This document shows, in pieces, positions 34,437-46,726 of a DNA stretch of 64,000 nt; positions within the stretch are counted from its first letter, which is position 1, and each line of letters begins with the position of its first letter. Source of the DNA: the human T2T-CHM13v2.0 reference genome, Homo sapiens; the NCBI RefSeq assembly GCF_009914755.1, contig NC_060941.1; one strand, 5' to 3'. Under the pieces are notes generated by a model. That model saw only the letters and a list, made by a program, of their open reading frames with translations, ran no database searches and was not told where the DNA came from. The position numbers and the translations under genes were made by a program.

Positions 34437-34933
34437 TGTCTCAGTCCATTTGTGTTGATATAAAGGAATACATACCCCAGGCTGAGTAACTTATAAAGAA
34501 AAGAGATTTATTTGGCCAATGGTTCTGAAGCCTGTACAAGAAGCATGGTGTCAACATGTGCTTCTGATGAGGGCCTCGGGAAGCTTCCACTCATGGTGGA
34601 AGGCAAAGGGGAACTGGCATGTGCAGAGGTCAATGGCAAGAGAGGAAGCATGAGAGACGGAAGGAAGGAAGGAAGAAAAGAAGGGAGGGAGGGAGGGAAG
34701 GAAAAGAAGGGGGAGGGGGAGGAGGAGGAGGAGGAGGTGGTGGTGTAAGGTCTTTTCAACAACCAATTCTTGCTGGAACTAAGAGTGAGAACTTGCTCCC
34801 AGGAGAATGGCACCAAGGCATTCATGAGGGATCCACCCTCATGACCCAAGCACCTCCCACCAGGCCCCATCTCCAACAATGAAACTTCAGTGAGATTTGG
34901 CAGAGCCAAAAAACCCACATCCAAACCACAGCA
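34437..34933 (-). mobile_element. MSTB LTR with internal purine-rich expansion
   Basis: tgtctcagtccatttgtgttg...ggcaccaaggcattcatgagggatcc...catccaaaccacagca. Confidence 0.87.
34659..34745. repeat. (GGAA)n/(GGGA)n/(GGA)n purine tract
   Basis: Read directly. Confidence 0.9.
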
Positions 34934-35151
34934 GGTACACCCATGGGAAGCGCTCAATGGATGATGGCTATGACAACATCACTAACTCCCAAGACGAACA
35001 AAGTATTTCATCTTTACACAGTTCTAATTGTGAAAAATGTATTCCTTAGACTGTGTTAGCATCTATTTCCCTTTACCTTCCACTCCTGGGTCCTATTTCC
35101 AGCCTGGGAGTAAACATAGGATAAACCCAAACTCTTGTCCCCATGGTGGTC

Positions 35152-35529
35152 TGTATTATTCCATTCTCACGCAGCTAATAAAGACATATCCAAGACTGGC
35201 TAATTTATTTAAAAAAGAGGTTTAATTGACTCACAGTTTCACACAGCTGGGGAGGCCTCAGGAAACTTACAATCATGGCAGAAGGTGAAGCAAACACGTC
35301 CTTCTTCATATGGTGACAGGAGAGAGACATGCCAAGCAAAGAGGGAAAAGCCCCTTATAAAACTATCAGATATCATGAGAACTCACACACTATTATGAGA
35401 ACAGCAGCATGAGGGTAATCGCCCCCATGATTCAATTGTCTCCCACCAAGTCCTTCCCACGACACATGAGGATTATGGGAACTACAATTCAAGATGAGAT
35501 TTGGGTGGGGATACAGCCAAACCATATCA
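35152..35529 (-). mobile_element. THE1 solo LTR (THE1C-like)
   Basis: ggggaggcctcaggaaacttacaatcatggcagaagg...cagccaaaccatatca. Confidence 0.92.
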
Positions 35530-36409
35530 GGGGTCCTTTCAAGACATAAAGCAGTTTATATCACCTGTGTCTTCTTTTGTCCAGCCTGAAAGGTCCAATC
35601 ATCTTGACCCGAAAGGTCAAGCCACTGCTCCCGTGGCTTAGTTTCCAGTCCAGCCTGCTGAGGTTCTTGTCTGAAAGCCCCAGGCTGTGGCAGTCTCTTC
35701 TATCTTGTAGCTCCTTGGACACCTGGAGAGGTATCTGGAGGGTGCATTCCTCCAGGTGTGGACAAGCACCTGCAGATGAAGTAGCTTGTTCCGAGAGGAA
35801 TGACTTCACAAGGATGGCTTAGACTCGCAGGCTACCTCGCACCTTGCAGGTAGGAGGTAAGCAGTGACTATTTCTTGAATCAATATATGACTGAATGAAA
35901 GATTAAGCCTATTGATTTAAAACCTATGTTCTTTTTCCCACTTCTGAATATACTTTTATCATTTCTTTGGGGGGCCTCATTTCTGGACTCTACTTAGGTC
36001 CCTGTGTCTACTCATTTCACCTTGTTTAAGCTAATAGGAATTCTAGTCTGTTGAGATCCTTTGATTTAGTGACTCAGTCATCCCAGAAATTACCTGTCCC
36101 TCCCAGGCTCATGTCAACTACAGATTGTCATCTCACCAGTATACTCATCTGAGCAATTAATTAGATTATATTTGGCTTATAATCATATTACAAGTTTTTT
36201 TAATGTCAGTTGTAGAATGATCCATCCTTTTTATTTGTACAGTGTGAACAGAAAGCTACTACATTCTACATGACTTTAGGACATTTACAAAAAGTTATCT
36301 TCACTTTGAGAAGAAACTGGATAAAAATGAATGTCTGCCCTATTATAAGGTTTTTTTTAAAAAAAAGCAGGTAAAATATCCTCTGCCTAGTCTTCCCTGG
36401 ATGGAGGGG

Positions 36410-36845
36410 TGTCATAAATTGAACTGTCTCTCCCCCAAATTAATATGTGAACGTCCCAACTCGCAATAACTCAGAATGTGAACTTATTTGGAAATTGTGT
36501 GGTTTGCAGATATAATTAGTTAAGTTAGAATGAGATCATAATGGAGTAGGGTGGGCCCTTAATCCAATATTAAAAGTGTCCTCATAAAAAGGGGAAATTT
36601 GAGCACAGAATCGGACATACATAAAGAGAAGATGACGTCAAGAGACAGAGGGAGAAGAAGCCATCTGCAAACCAAGGAGACAGCCCTGGAACAGATCCTT
36701 CCCTCAGAGCCCTCAGAAGGAAGCAGCCCTGTGGCCACCTTGATTTCAGATGCCTGGCCTCCAGAACTGTGTGAGAATCAACTTCTGTTCTTCAGGCCAC
36801 CCAGTTTGTGGCCATTTGTTCCATAAGCCCTAAGAAACTAATATG
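36410..36845 (+). mobile_element. MLT1B LTR
   Basis: ctcagaatgtgaacttatttggaaa...gtagggtgggcccttaatcc...ccagaactgtgtgagaa...gaaactaata. Confidence 0.85.
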
Positions 36846-37054
36846 AAAGGAAAGGGGGCAGATGGCCAATCCCACCTCTCTGCTCAGCAGGGAACCATGC
36901 AAAGTCCTTCTCTACTTCAGGCAGGAACAAAAGTAACACTAAGAGCGAGTGAAGGTGAGCCACTCTCTGCAAAGCCCCTCTGGGATTTTGAACTTCTAGA
37001 AGCCCAAAAAACAGCCTATGACAATAACAATCACATGAACAATTCAACAGTACA

Positions 37055-37250
37055 CTGAATGCATTTTAGGCTTTTCCAACAGCCTCTTGGTGGATCCCAA
37101 ACCATTTTGGGAAGTAGGTGGCACAGAAGTTATTATTTCCATTTTGCAGAAGACAAATTATTCTCAAATCAGAAACTGGCTCAAGGAAATGAAGCTAGAC
37201 AGTGGTCAACTCCAAAGGAGAGCCCAGAGACAATGACTCCCTCTCTGTGT
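37055..37250 (-). mobile_element. MIR fragment
   Basis: tattatttccattttgcagaagacaaa core. Confidence 0.45.
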
Positions 37251-38302
37251 TAAGAAGCTCACACCACCTGTGCTCCTCTGTGCTGTCCCCAAACTCAATC
37301 CTGTCAATTCATGCTAGGCCCTGTGTTCCCTCTGGGCCTCTACACATTCTTAAGGGGACAGGACTCTAGGGAAGGCAGGTGAGACATCAGCACAGGCACA
37401 AAGGCTTCCTTCCGATTGACAACGAGCACGCCAAAGCCAGAAAACAAGTGACTTCTGTGACTTCCGTCAGTTTACACTAAGAGGGAAGGTCACTGACTAT
37501 GGTCTTGGGTGATGTGACCTATGGACAATTGTAATAAAAGTGGTACCATTGCCTGCTGGAAAAGGTAGGTATGGGAGAAACTGCCTGTGGGAAAATGATC
37601 TTTGACTATTTTCCCCTCTGGATGTTGAAACTGTCTTCCAAATAACTGAATTTTGTTGTGCCCCCAGGGTCACATGGAGCCCTGGTTTAAGTTCTTGCGA
37701 TGTCCCATCCTCATGAATACATTTGTAGCTGTCTTAAGCAAAGTGAAACAAGAGCATCTTTAAGGCCTTCCCAGTCCCTCCCTAATTTTCCTTGTGCCTC
37801 TCCTCTCTCCTTTGCTGAGCCTTTGCAGCTCAGAGCACCCTCACAACCTCCCTTCAACAGGAGCACCCTCTCTCTCCTGCCACCGCGGATCTATTACATG
37901 GCACATCCTACACTGGGATTGCAGAGCTCAGCAAGACTCTGTCCCCAAAGAGCCCATGCTCTTGTCAGGAAAAAGTCATTATGGAACAGGGTTGGGGGCA
38001 CAGTGTTGGGGGAGCCAGAGTGCTGGGGACACAAGGAAAGGCAAACGATGGACGCTATGCAGGCATGGGGTGAGATGAGAGATGTTTCCCGTAAAGATGC
38101 CCTGGAGCTGGGTGCTAACGGGCGGGCAGAAGCCGGCCAGGTGAAAAGAATGGGGCAGAAACTGGGGGACAGAGGAGGAAAGGGAGGAGAAACATGTGGA
38201 TGGGGGTACAGCTGCCTCCCAGCAAGTCAGAGCACAGGGTCCCCCCAGCACTTCCTGGGTTACTAGGGTGATGGCAGGTGAATACAGAATAGCAGGGCCT
38301 TG

Positions 38303-38585
38303 GAATGTCTGCCGTATTATAAGGTTTTTTGTTTTTGTTTTTGTTTTTGTTTGCAGGTAAAATATCCTCTGCCTAGTCTTCCCAGGATGGAGGGTGTTGC
38401 AGATTGAATGGTCTCTCCTCCAGATTAATATGTAGATGTCCCAACTCGCAATAACTCAGAATGTGAGGTTTTTGGAAACTGGGTGGTTCGCAGGTATAAT
38501 TAATTACGTTAGAATGAGATCATCATGCAGTAGGGTGGGCTTCTAGTCCATTATTACCAAGGTCCTTATAAAAAGGGGAAATCTG
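38303..38585 (+). repeat. Duplicate of 36329-36601 (unique flank plus MLT1B 5' half)
   Basis: Shares non-LTR flank gcaggtaaaatatcctctgcctagtcttccc and the LTR junction. Confidence 0.92.
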
Positions 38586-38896
38586 GGCCAGGCACAGTGG
38601 CTCAGGCCTGTAATCTCAGCACTTTGGGAGGCTGAGGAGGGTGGATCACCTGAGGTCGGAAATTGGAGACCTGCTTGGCCAACATGGTAAAACTCCGTCT
38701 CTATTAAAAATACAAAAAAAAATAGCTGGGCATGGTGATGCACACCTGTAGTCCCAGCTACTCAGGAGGCGGAGGCACAAGAACCGATTGAACTCAGGAG
38801 GCGGAGGTTGTGGTGAGCCAAGATTGTACCACTGCACTCCAGCCTGGGCAACAGAGTGAGACTCTGTCACGAAAAAAAAAAAAAAAAAAAAAAAAA
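38586..38896 (+). mobile_element. AluS
   Basis: Full dimer with long A tail. Confidence 0.95.
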
Positions 38897-39544
38897 GTTG
38901 GGGGTGGGGAATTTGAACAGATTTTTTGTGGAAAAAAAAATCTGAAAAGACATACACACAGCACAGTGTTAGAGGTCAAAACAATATAATGTATAGGGAT
39001 ATCCACATTTTAGCTAAGTACAACTCAAAGGAATGAATTTAAAAGATCAAGTTCAACTCAAGAAAGACAGTCCTGGTGATGTTTTCATCTGAGAAACTCA
39101 GTATCTCCCTCAGACTGAGGCAAAAGGGACTCCGAGGCCAGGCCTCACAGACGGGCCCCTTCTCATGAGGCAAGGATCACAGGTCATGGGATGTGACCAC
39201 ACTCTGGATACCCAGCCCTCTGGAATTCTCCATCCAAAGTAGTGGAATCCCCACTCCACTGACAGGGCCTGCATAGTCCTCTTCCCTGGGTCCATTCCCC
39301 TGTGGGAGACCAAGCCATTGGTGTACACTGAGGGTCCAAACAGGTCCACCTTCTGGCAAGCAGGTCTCCTGATGTGCAAGCTGCAGCTGGAGACAGGAAG
39401 AGAATGGGACTGGCTGGGGCCATTTCTCCCTGGGCGGCCACATCCAACAAAACTCCAGGGAGGCTGAAAATTTGAACCTGGTTTCCCAGGTCCCTATGAA
39501 GATGTCTTTGTCAGAGTAGGAGACAATATGAAAAAGAGTACTCA

Positions 39545-39745
39545 TATATGTACTACACATTATATGCACATATACTATATATATACTATATACATACTAT
39601 ACACACATACTATATATATATAGAGAGAGAGAATATATATAGAGAGAGATTATATATATAATATATATAGAGAGATATAATATATATATATATATAGAGA
39701 GAGAAAGAATATATATATAGAGAGAGAGAGGGAGAGAGATCTATC
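39545..39745. repeat. Compound (TA)n/(GA)n/(CA)n microsatellite
   Basis: Read directly. Confidence 0.92.
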
Positions 39746-39748
39746 TAA

Positions 39749-40400
<652 letters not shown>

Positions 40401-41436
40401 TAAACTTTCAAATGCCTGAAACACATATAAAGGAAAAGCTGGGACAAGGCAGGAAGAGGTGAGTCCAAAAGCGTTCAACTCAGTGCCTGCCCCAAGACAA
40501 AATGGAAGAAAAATCAACAAATACCGTGAGAACTCTCTCTGTGGATGAAAACTACTTTCATTGCAATCAGGGTTAAAGAGAAGTCCTTCTAGGTCACCCA
40601 ACTTTGACCTTGAGGCATGAGTCTTCTTACTCCCATCTCTCTTACCCAGAGTGCCAGGAGCCAGATTTTAGGGTAAATATCCAAGTAGCAGGTTCTGAAG
40701 TAAACTGTCTCAGTAGCCTGTATCTTCCATCTCCTTCAGTGGGCTTTCCAGACATTGGTTCCGTGCATCAATCTCTCTAAACTCATCTGGCAACAGCAGC
40801 CAGGCACAAACCCTGCAGTCTTTAAAGTGGCACAAATTCACAGACTGAGAGATGTTCCCACGCTGCATATGTTCCTAAAACAACCCCGTCCAAGCCATCC
40901 ATCCACTTGCCTCCCTCCAAGCCACAAAGTAGTTTCATGAGCTCCATTTCAGTTCTGAGATCACCAACACCTGATATCATTACTCAGAGTCACTGGCTGG
41001 AGAACAGACATCATTTCTTTCCCGTTAAACATTGCTCAATAATCCCAAATAGGGGGCACTGCAGAGCTGAAGCTTAGAGGTGAATGGTAAATTCTAATAA
41101 GAAAGTGCAGAAACATCCAGGATCATTAATGCTGCATTAGCTCCACTTCTTGCCACACTGGTGCTATGTTTTGTCTTTCTGGACTGGCCACAGAATTTTC
41201 TAGTGCTTTGAAAAATACAGTGCTGTTTCTTGCAGCTAAATGGAAACCTGTAGAGAGCAAACAAGCGTAGATCCTTGAACTTGGTAATGAATAGATGGGA
41301 TTCTAGGTGAGAAAGAACGAAGAAGAGAAAAACACCAAGTCTCCATATTCAGAAAAATTTTTTCAATGCCAAAGTTGTATTCAATTTAAAATAAAAGCAC
41401 AAAAAAACATAAAATTCCCTTTTATACATAAACCAG

Positions 41437-43807
41437 TGATATGGTTTGGATTTGGGTTCCCACCCAAATCTCATATCAAACTGTAATACCCAATGTTGGA
41501 GGAGGGGCCCGGTGGGAGGTGACTGGATCATAGGGTGGACTTCCCCCTTGCTGTTGTCATGATAGTGAATATGTTCTCATGAAATCTCATTGTTTAAAAG
41601 TGTGTAGCACCTTCCCCTTCACTCTCTCTCTCTCCTGCTCCACCATGTGAAGACATGCCTGCTTACCCTTTTGCCTTCTGCCATGACTGAAGGTTTCCTG
41701 AGGCCTCCCCAGCCATGCTACCTGTACAGCCTGCAGAACTGTGAGCCAATTAAATCTCTTTTCTTTATAATTACCCAGTCTCAGGTAGTTCTTTATAGCA
41801 ATGCGAGAATGGACTAATATAGTAAATTGGTACCGGGAGTGGGGACATTACTATAAAGATACCTGAAAATGTGGACGTGACTTTGGAACTGGGTAAAAGG
41901 CAGAGGTTGGAACAGTTTGAAGGGCTTAAAGGAAGACAGGAAGATGAGGGAAAGTTGGGAACTTCCTAGAGACTTTTTAAATTTTTGTGACCAAAATGCT
42001 GATAGTGATACGGACAATGAAGTCCAGGCTGAAGTGGTCTTAGATGGAGGAACTTTTTGGGAACTGAAGTAAAGGTCACTTGCTATGCCTGAGCAAAGAG
42101 ACTGCTGACATTGGGCCCCTGCTCTCGTGACCTGTGGATCTGTGAATTTGAGAGTGATAAATTAGGGTATCTAGCAGAAGAAATTTCTAAGCAGCAAGGC
42201 ATTAAAGATGTGGCCTGGCTGCTTCCAACAGCATATGGTCATATGTGTGAGCAAAACGATGATCTGAAACTTGAACTTATATTTAAAAGGGAAGCAGAGC
42301 AAAAAGTTTAGAAACTTTGCAGCCTGACCATGCAGTAGAAAAGAGAAACCCATTTTCTAGGGAAAAGTTCAAGCCAGCTGCAGAAATATACATAAGTAAA
42401 GAGGGGCCGAATGTTAATAGCCAAGACAACAGGGAAAATGCCTCAAAGGCATTTCAGAGACCTTTGTGGAAGCCCCTTCCATCATAGGCCTGGAGGCCTA
42501 GGAGGGAAGAATGGTTTTGCAGACCAGACTCAGGGCCCTGTTGCCCTGCACAACATTGGGACACTGCTCCCTGCATCCCAGCCACTCCAGTTCCAGGTAT
42601 GGCTAAAAGGGCCCCAGATACATCTCAGGCCACTGTTCCAGAGGGTGCAAGCCATAAACCTTGGTGGCTTCCACGTGGTGGTAAGCTTTTGGGTGTTCAG
42701 AAGGCAAGAGCTGAAGCTTGGGAGCCTCAACCTAGATTTCAGAGGATGTATGGAAATGCCTGGATATACAGGCAGAAGTGTGCTGCAGGGGTGGAGCCCT
42801 CATGGAGAACCTCAACTAGGGCAGTGCAGAGGAGAGTGTGGCATTTGAACCCCCATACAGAGTTCCCACTAGGGCACTGCCTAGTAGAGCTGTGAGAAGA
42901 GGTCACTGTTCTTCCAATCCCAGAATGGTAGATCCACTGACAAGTTCCACCATGTGCCTGGAAAAGCCATAGGCACTCAACATGAGCCTGGAAAAGCAGC
43001 CAAGAGGCTGTACCGCGCAGAGCCAAAGGGGCGGAGATGTCCAAGGCCCTGGGATTCCACCCCTTGCATCAGTGTGGACTGGATGTGAGACATGGAGTTA
43101 GAGATTATTTTGGAGCTTTAAGATTTAATGACTGCCCTGCTGGGTTTTGGATTTGCCCCTTTGTTTTGGCTGATTTCTGCCTTTTGGAATGGGGAGTATT
43201 TAGCCAATGCCTGTACCATCACTGTATCTTAGAAGTAACTGACTGGGTTTGATTTTACAGGCTCATAGGTGGAAGTCACTTGCCTTGTCTCAGATGAGAA
43301 TTTGTACTGTGGACTTTTGAGTTAAAGCTGGAATGAGTTAAGACTTTGGGGACTGTTGGGAAGGCATAATTGTATTTTAAAATGTGAGAAGGACATGAGA
43401 TTTGGGAGGGGCCAGGGATGGAATGATATGGTTTGGATTTGTGTCCCCACCCAAATCCCATATCAAACTGTAATCCCCAGTGTTGGAGGAAAGGCCTGGT
43501 GAGAGGTGACTGGATCACGAGGGTGGACTTCCCCCTTGCTGTTATCATGATAGTGAATATGTTCTCATGAGACCTGGTTGTTTAAAAGTGTGTAGCACCT
43601 CCCCCTTCACTCTCTTCCTCTTTCTCTGGCCATGTAAGATGTGCCTCCTTCCTCTTCACCTTCCACCATGATTTTAAGTTTTCTGAGGCTTCCTCAGCCA
43701 TGATTCCTGTACAGCCTGTGGAACTGTGAGCCAATTAAACCTCTTTTCCTTATAAATTACCCGGTCTCAGGTAGTTCTTTACAGCAATGTGAGAATGGAC
43801 TAATACA
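41437..43807 (+). mobile_element. Two-LTR MaLR provirus (MSTA/THE1D-like): LTR 41437-41821, internal 41822-43423, LTR 43424-43807
   Basis: Both LTRs start TGATATGG and share variants (catatcaaactgtaat, gatagtgaatatgttctcatga); ~1.6-kb internal region; polypurine tract gggaggggccagggatggaa before the 3' LTR. Confidence 0.93.
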
Positions 43808-44099
43808 GCTGGATTTCCTTTAGGGAAGGGCTTATTAAAACCTGATTTTTTCTAAGCTAATTGGAACTATACTTTCTTTCAGAACAAGGGAGAGACCCTT
43901 TAGAAAAGGGTTAAAATCAGGAGTCTGTAGATCCAGGCTGTTTATAAACTTCCTGACATTTTATATAATATATCATAATTATGCATATCACAGGAAGTTA
44001 GAGAAAGATTCCTTAAGCTTGATTGGATATACATGGCGATCGTAACCCCCAAAGTAAGAACTACTATTGTGGACACTTAACTTACAACAAGGTATGATA

Positions 44100-44905
44100 A
44101 ACACGTGAAGAATGCTCACTGCTATTAGTCATCAGGGAAATGCAAATCAAAACCACAAAGAACTACCACTTACAACCACTAGGATGGCTATAATAAAAAA
44201 AAGCAGATAATAACAAGTGTTGGTGAAGATGTAGAGAAACGGAACCCTCCTATATTGCTGATAGGAATGAAAAATGGTGCATCACTTTGGAAAACAGTCT
44301 TACATTTTCCTCAAAAGGGCAAATATGGAGTTACCAAATGACCCAGCAATTCCACTACTAAGTTTAGACCCAAGAGAAATGAAAATGCCGTTATACAAAA
44401 ACTTGTACATGAAAGTACAGAGCAGCACTATTCATAATAGTCCAACAGTAGATATAACCCAAATGCTTATTAACTGATGAATGGATGAACAAAATGTGGT
44501 ATAGACATATAATGGAATATTATTTGACAACAAAAGGAAATGAAATACTGATACATGGATGAATTTTAAAAACACTGTGCTAATTAAAAGCAGTCAGATA
44601 CAACAGGCCACATACTATATGATTTCATTTATATGAAATGTTCAGAATAGCCAAATTCATAGAGACAAAAGTAGATGAGTGGTTGCCTAGGGTTTGTGGG
44701 GGAGGAGCTGGAGGGAAATGGAGGATAATTGCTAATGGGTAGGGGTTTCTTCTGGGGTAATGAAAATGTTCTAAAATTTATAGTGGTGGTTGCACAATTT
44801 TGTGAATATTCTAAAAATCATTAAACTGTACACTTCAAATGGGTGAATTGTAGGCTGTGTGAGTTACATTTTGATAAAGGTGTTATTAAAAGAAAAAAGA
44901 AAAGA
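44100..44905 (+). mobile_element. L1MB-type ORF2 end and 3' UTR
   Basis: tagtcatcagggaaatgcaaatcaaaaccac...gacccagcaattccacta...A-rich tail. Confidence 0.9.
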
Positions 44906-45471
44906 ATATGTGAGCCTATTCTCCATCTAAGTGGCCCACTCCTCTACCCCAGGTGGGGAGACACCAGGAAGGCTTTGGGAAGGGACCAACAGGGGTGCAT
45001 GGAAAACATGAGTTTGATATGAAGGAAAAATGCTATTGCCTTCAGCCATCTCATTCTCACCCTTGGATACAGATCCCTCAACCAGGGAAGGAATAACTGT
45101 CTTTAAATGCACTGAAGAGGAGGTTCCCATGGAGACTGGGGAAGTTAGCATAAGACTATCTTCCATGATGATGAGGAAAGACTGAATACACTGTAGCACA
45201 GGCACTCGCAGACAGACCCCTGGCCAGGTTACTGTGGGACAGGTGCCCAAGTCCATAGAAGAGAGAACTGTAATAAAGCAAGAGGGAAATACAGTTTCTT
45301 TCCCAATCAGGCAGATCCACGGCAATGCTGCTTTGAGGCTTCACGTGGGCAAGGAAGACACACTGGGCAGTGATACATGGATTTCTGCTAGCTGCTAAAG
45401 TGGTCCCATCCACTCAGGTCTCTGATAGTGGTCCTCTGGCCACAACTGTGCCAAAATAAAATAATACATGC

Positions 45472-45825
45472 TATGGTAGGAAATTAATGACCTCCTAAAA
45501 TGTCTATGTCCTAATCTCGAGAATCTGAATATGCCGTGTGGCATGGCAGGGAAAACTGGGGCTGCAGAAGGCACTAAGGTGGCTAACCAGCTGACCCTGA
45601 GAGGAGTTATCCTGGATTATCTGGAGGATCCCACTGTAATCATAAGGGTCCTTAAAATGAAAAGGAAGGTAGGAGAGTTAGCAATAGAGTAATGCAATGC
45701 AAGAAAGATTCAACTGGGCATTGCAGGGGAAAAGGGGACCATGAGCCAGGAAAGGCAGGCAGCCATGGGAAGTCGGAAAAGGCGAAGAAATTGATTCTCT
45801 CCTAGAGCTTCCAGAAAGCATGGCC
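45472..45825 (+). mobile_element. MLT1D-like LTR (partial)
   Basis: taaggtggctaaccagctgacc...ttatcctggattatctgg...attctctcctagagcttccagaa. Confidence 0.8.
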
Positions 45826-45829
45826 ACAG

Positions 45830-45945
45830 TAGGAGTGAAATGGAGGCACAGAGAGGGGTATTTGTCTCAAGCACACAGCTATTAAGTGGAGGGGCCACTG
45901 GGATTTGAACTTAGATCAATAGACCCCAGAGCCTGTGTGCTTAAC
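45830..45945 (-). mobile_element. MIR fragment
   Basis: gaaatggaggcacagagaggg...ctgggatttgaacttag. Confidence 0.65.
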
Positions 45946-46433
45946 TAAGGACCCTAAAAGACTATTCCAGCCTGGTGAGCTGAGTTCCTGTTTGAGAGGA
46001 GTCTCCGCAGCCTGAGTCTGGGGGGTTTTCGCACCTGTGGGCCATGGGTGCCCCCGGGGAGGTGGACACGCTGCAAGGTGGAGGTTGTGTGCCACGTTTC
46101 CAGGACACCATATGGCCCCACCCTGGTCCAGGTGCTGCTGGAGCAGGACCTGTGCTGTCACTGCTCTCTGACACCGCTCCACTGTCTCCTCCAAAGGCTC
46201 CCACCCTGGTGGGCTCTGCACCCACAGATTTGATGAAACTCACAGGAGTCAAGCATCGGAGAGTAGTGACTGGGGGTTGTGTGTGGGGAGATTAAAGACA
46301 TTTATATTTTTCTTTCTCACGTAAGATGAAGACTGGCGTGAAAGCACATTTCTATTTTCAAAAGTTAGGTTTGGTAACACAGTGCAGAGCAGATGGATGA
46401 GGAGAAAACGAAGCAACAAAAAAAATGGGCCTC

Positions 46434-46726
46434 AGCCAGGTGCGGCGGCTCACACCTGTAATCCCAGCACTTTGAGAGGCCGAGGTGGGAGGATCACTTG
46501 AGCACAAGAGTTTGACACCAGCCTGGGCAACATGGCAAAACCCTGTCTCCACACAACAAATGAATGAAATGGTTTGCTGGGCACACCTGTGGTCCCAGCT
46601 ACTCAGGAAGCTGAGGCAGCAGGAGGATCACTTGGGCCCAGGAGGTGGAGGTTGCAGTGAGCCATGATTGCCTCACTGCAGTCCAGCTGGGAGACAGAGC
46701 GAGCCTCTGTCTCAAAAAAAAAAAAA
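46434..46726 (+). mobile_element. AluJ
   Basis: gggaggatcacttgagc J pattern in both arms. Confidence 0.9.

Noticed and set aside
37700-38266. 188-aa ORF
   Set aside because: No recognisable domain; the 3' half overlaps L2-like sequence
42111-43252. ORFs within the MaLR internal region
   Set aside because: Fragmented by stops and frameshifts; decayed non-autonomous element
44927-45325. 132-aa minus-strand ORF in non-repeat DNA
   Set aside because: No recognisable protein similarity and no ATG start; a small exon cannot be excluded without a search
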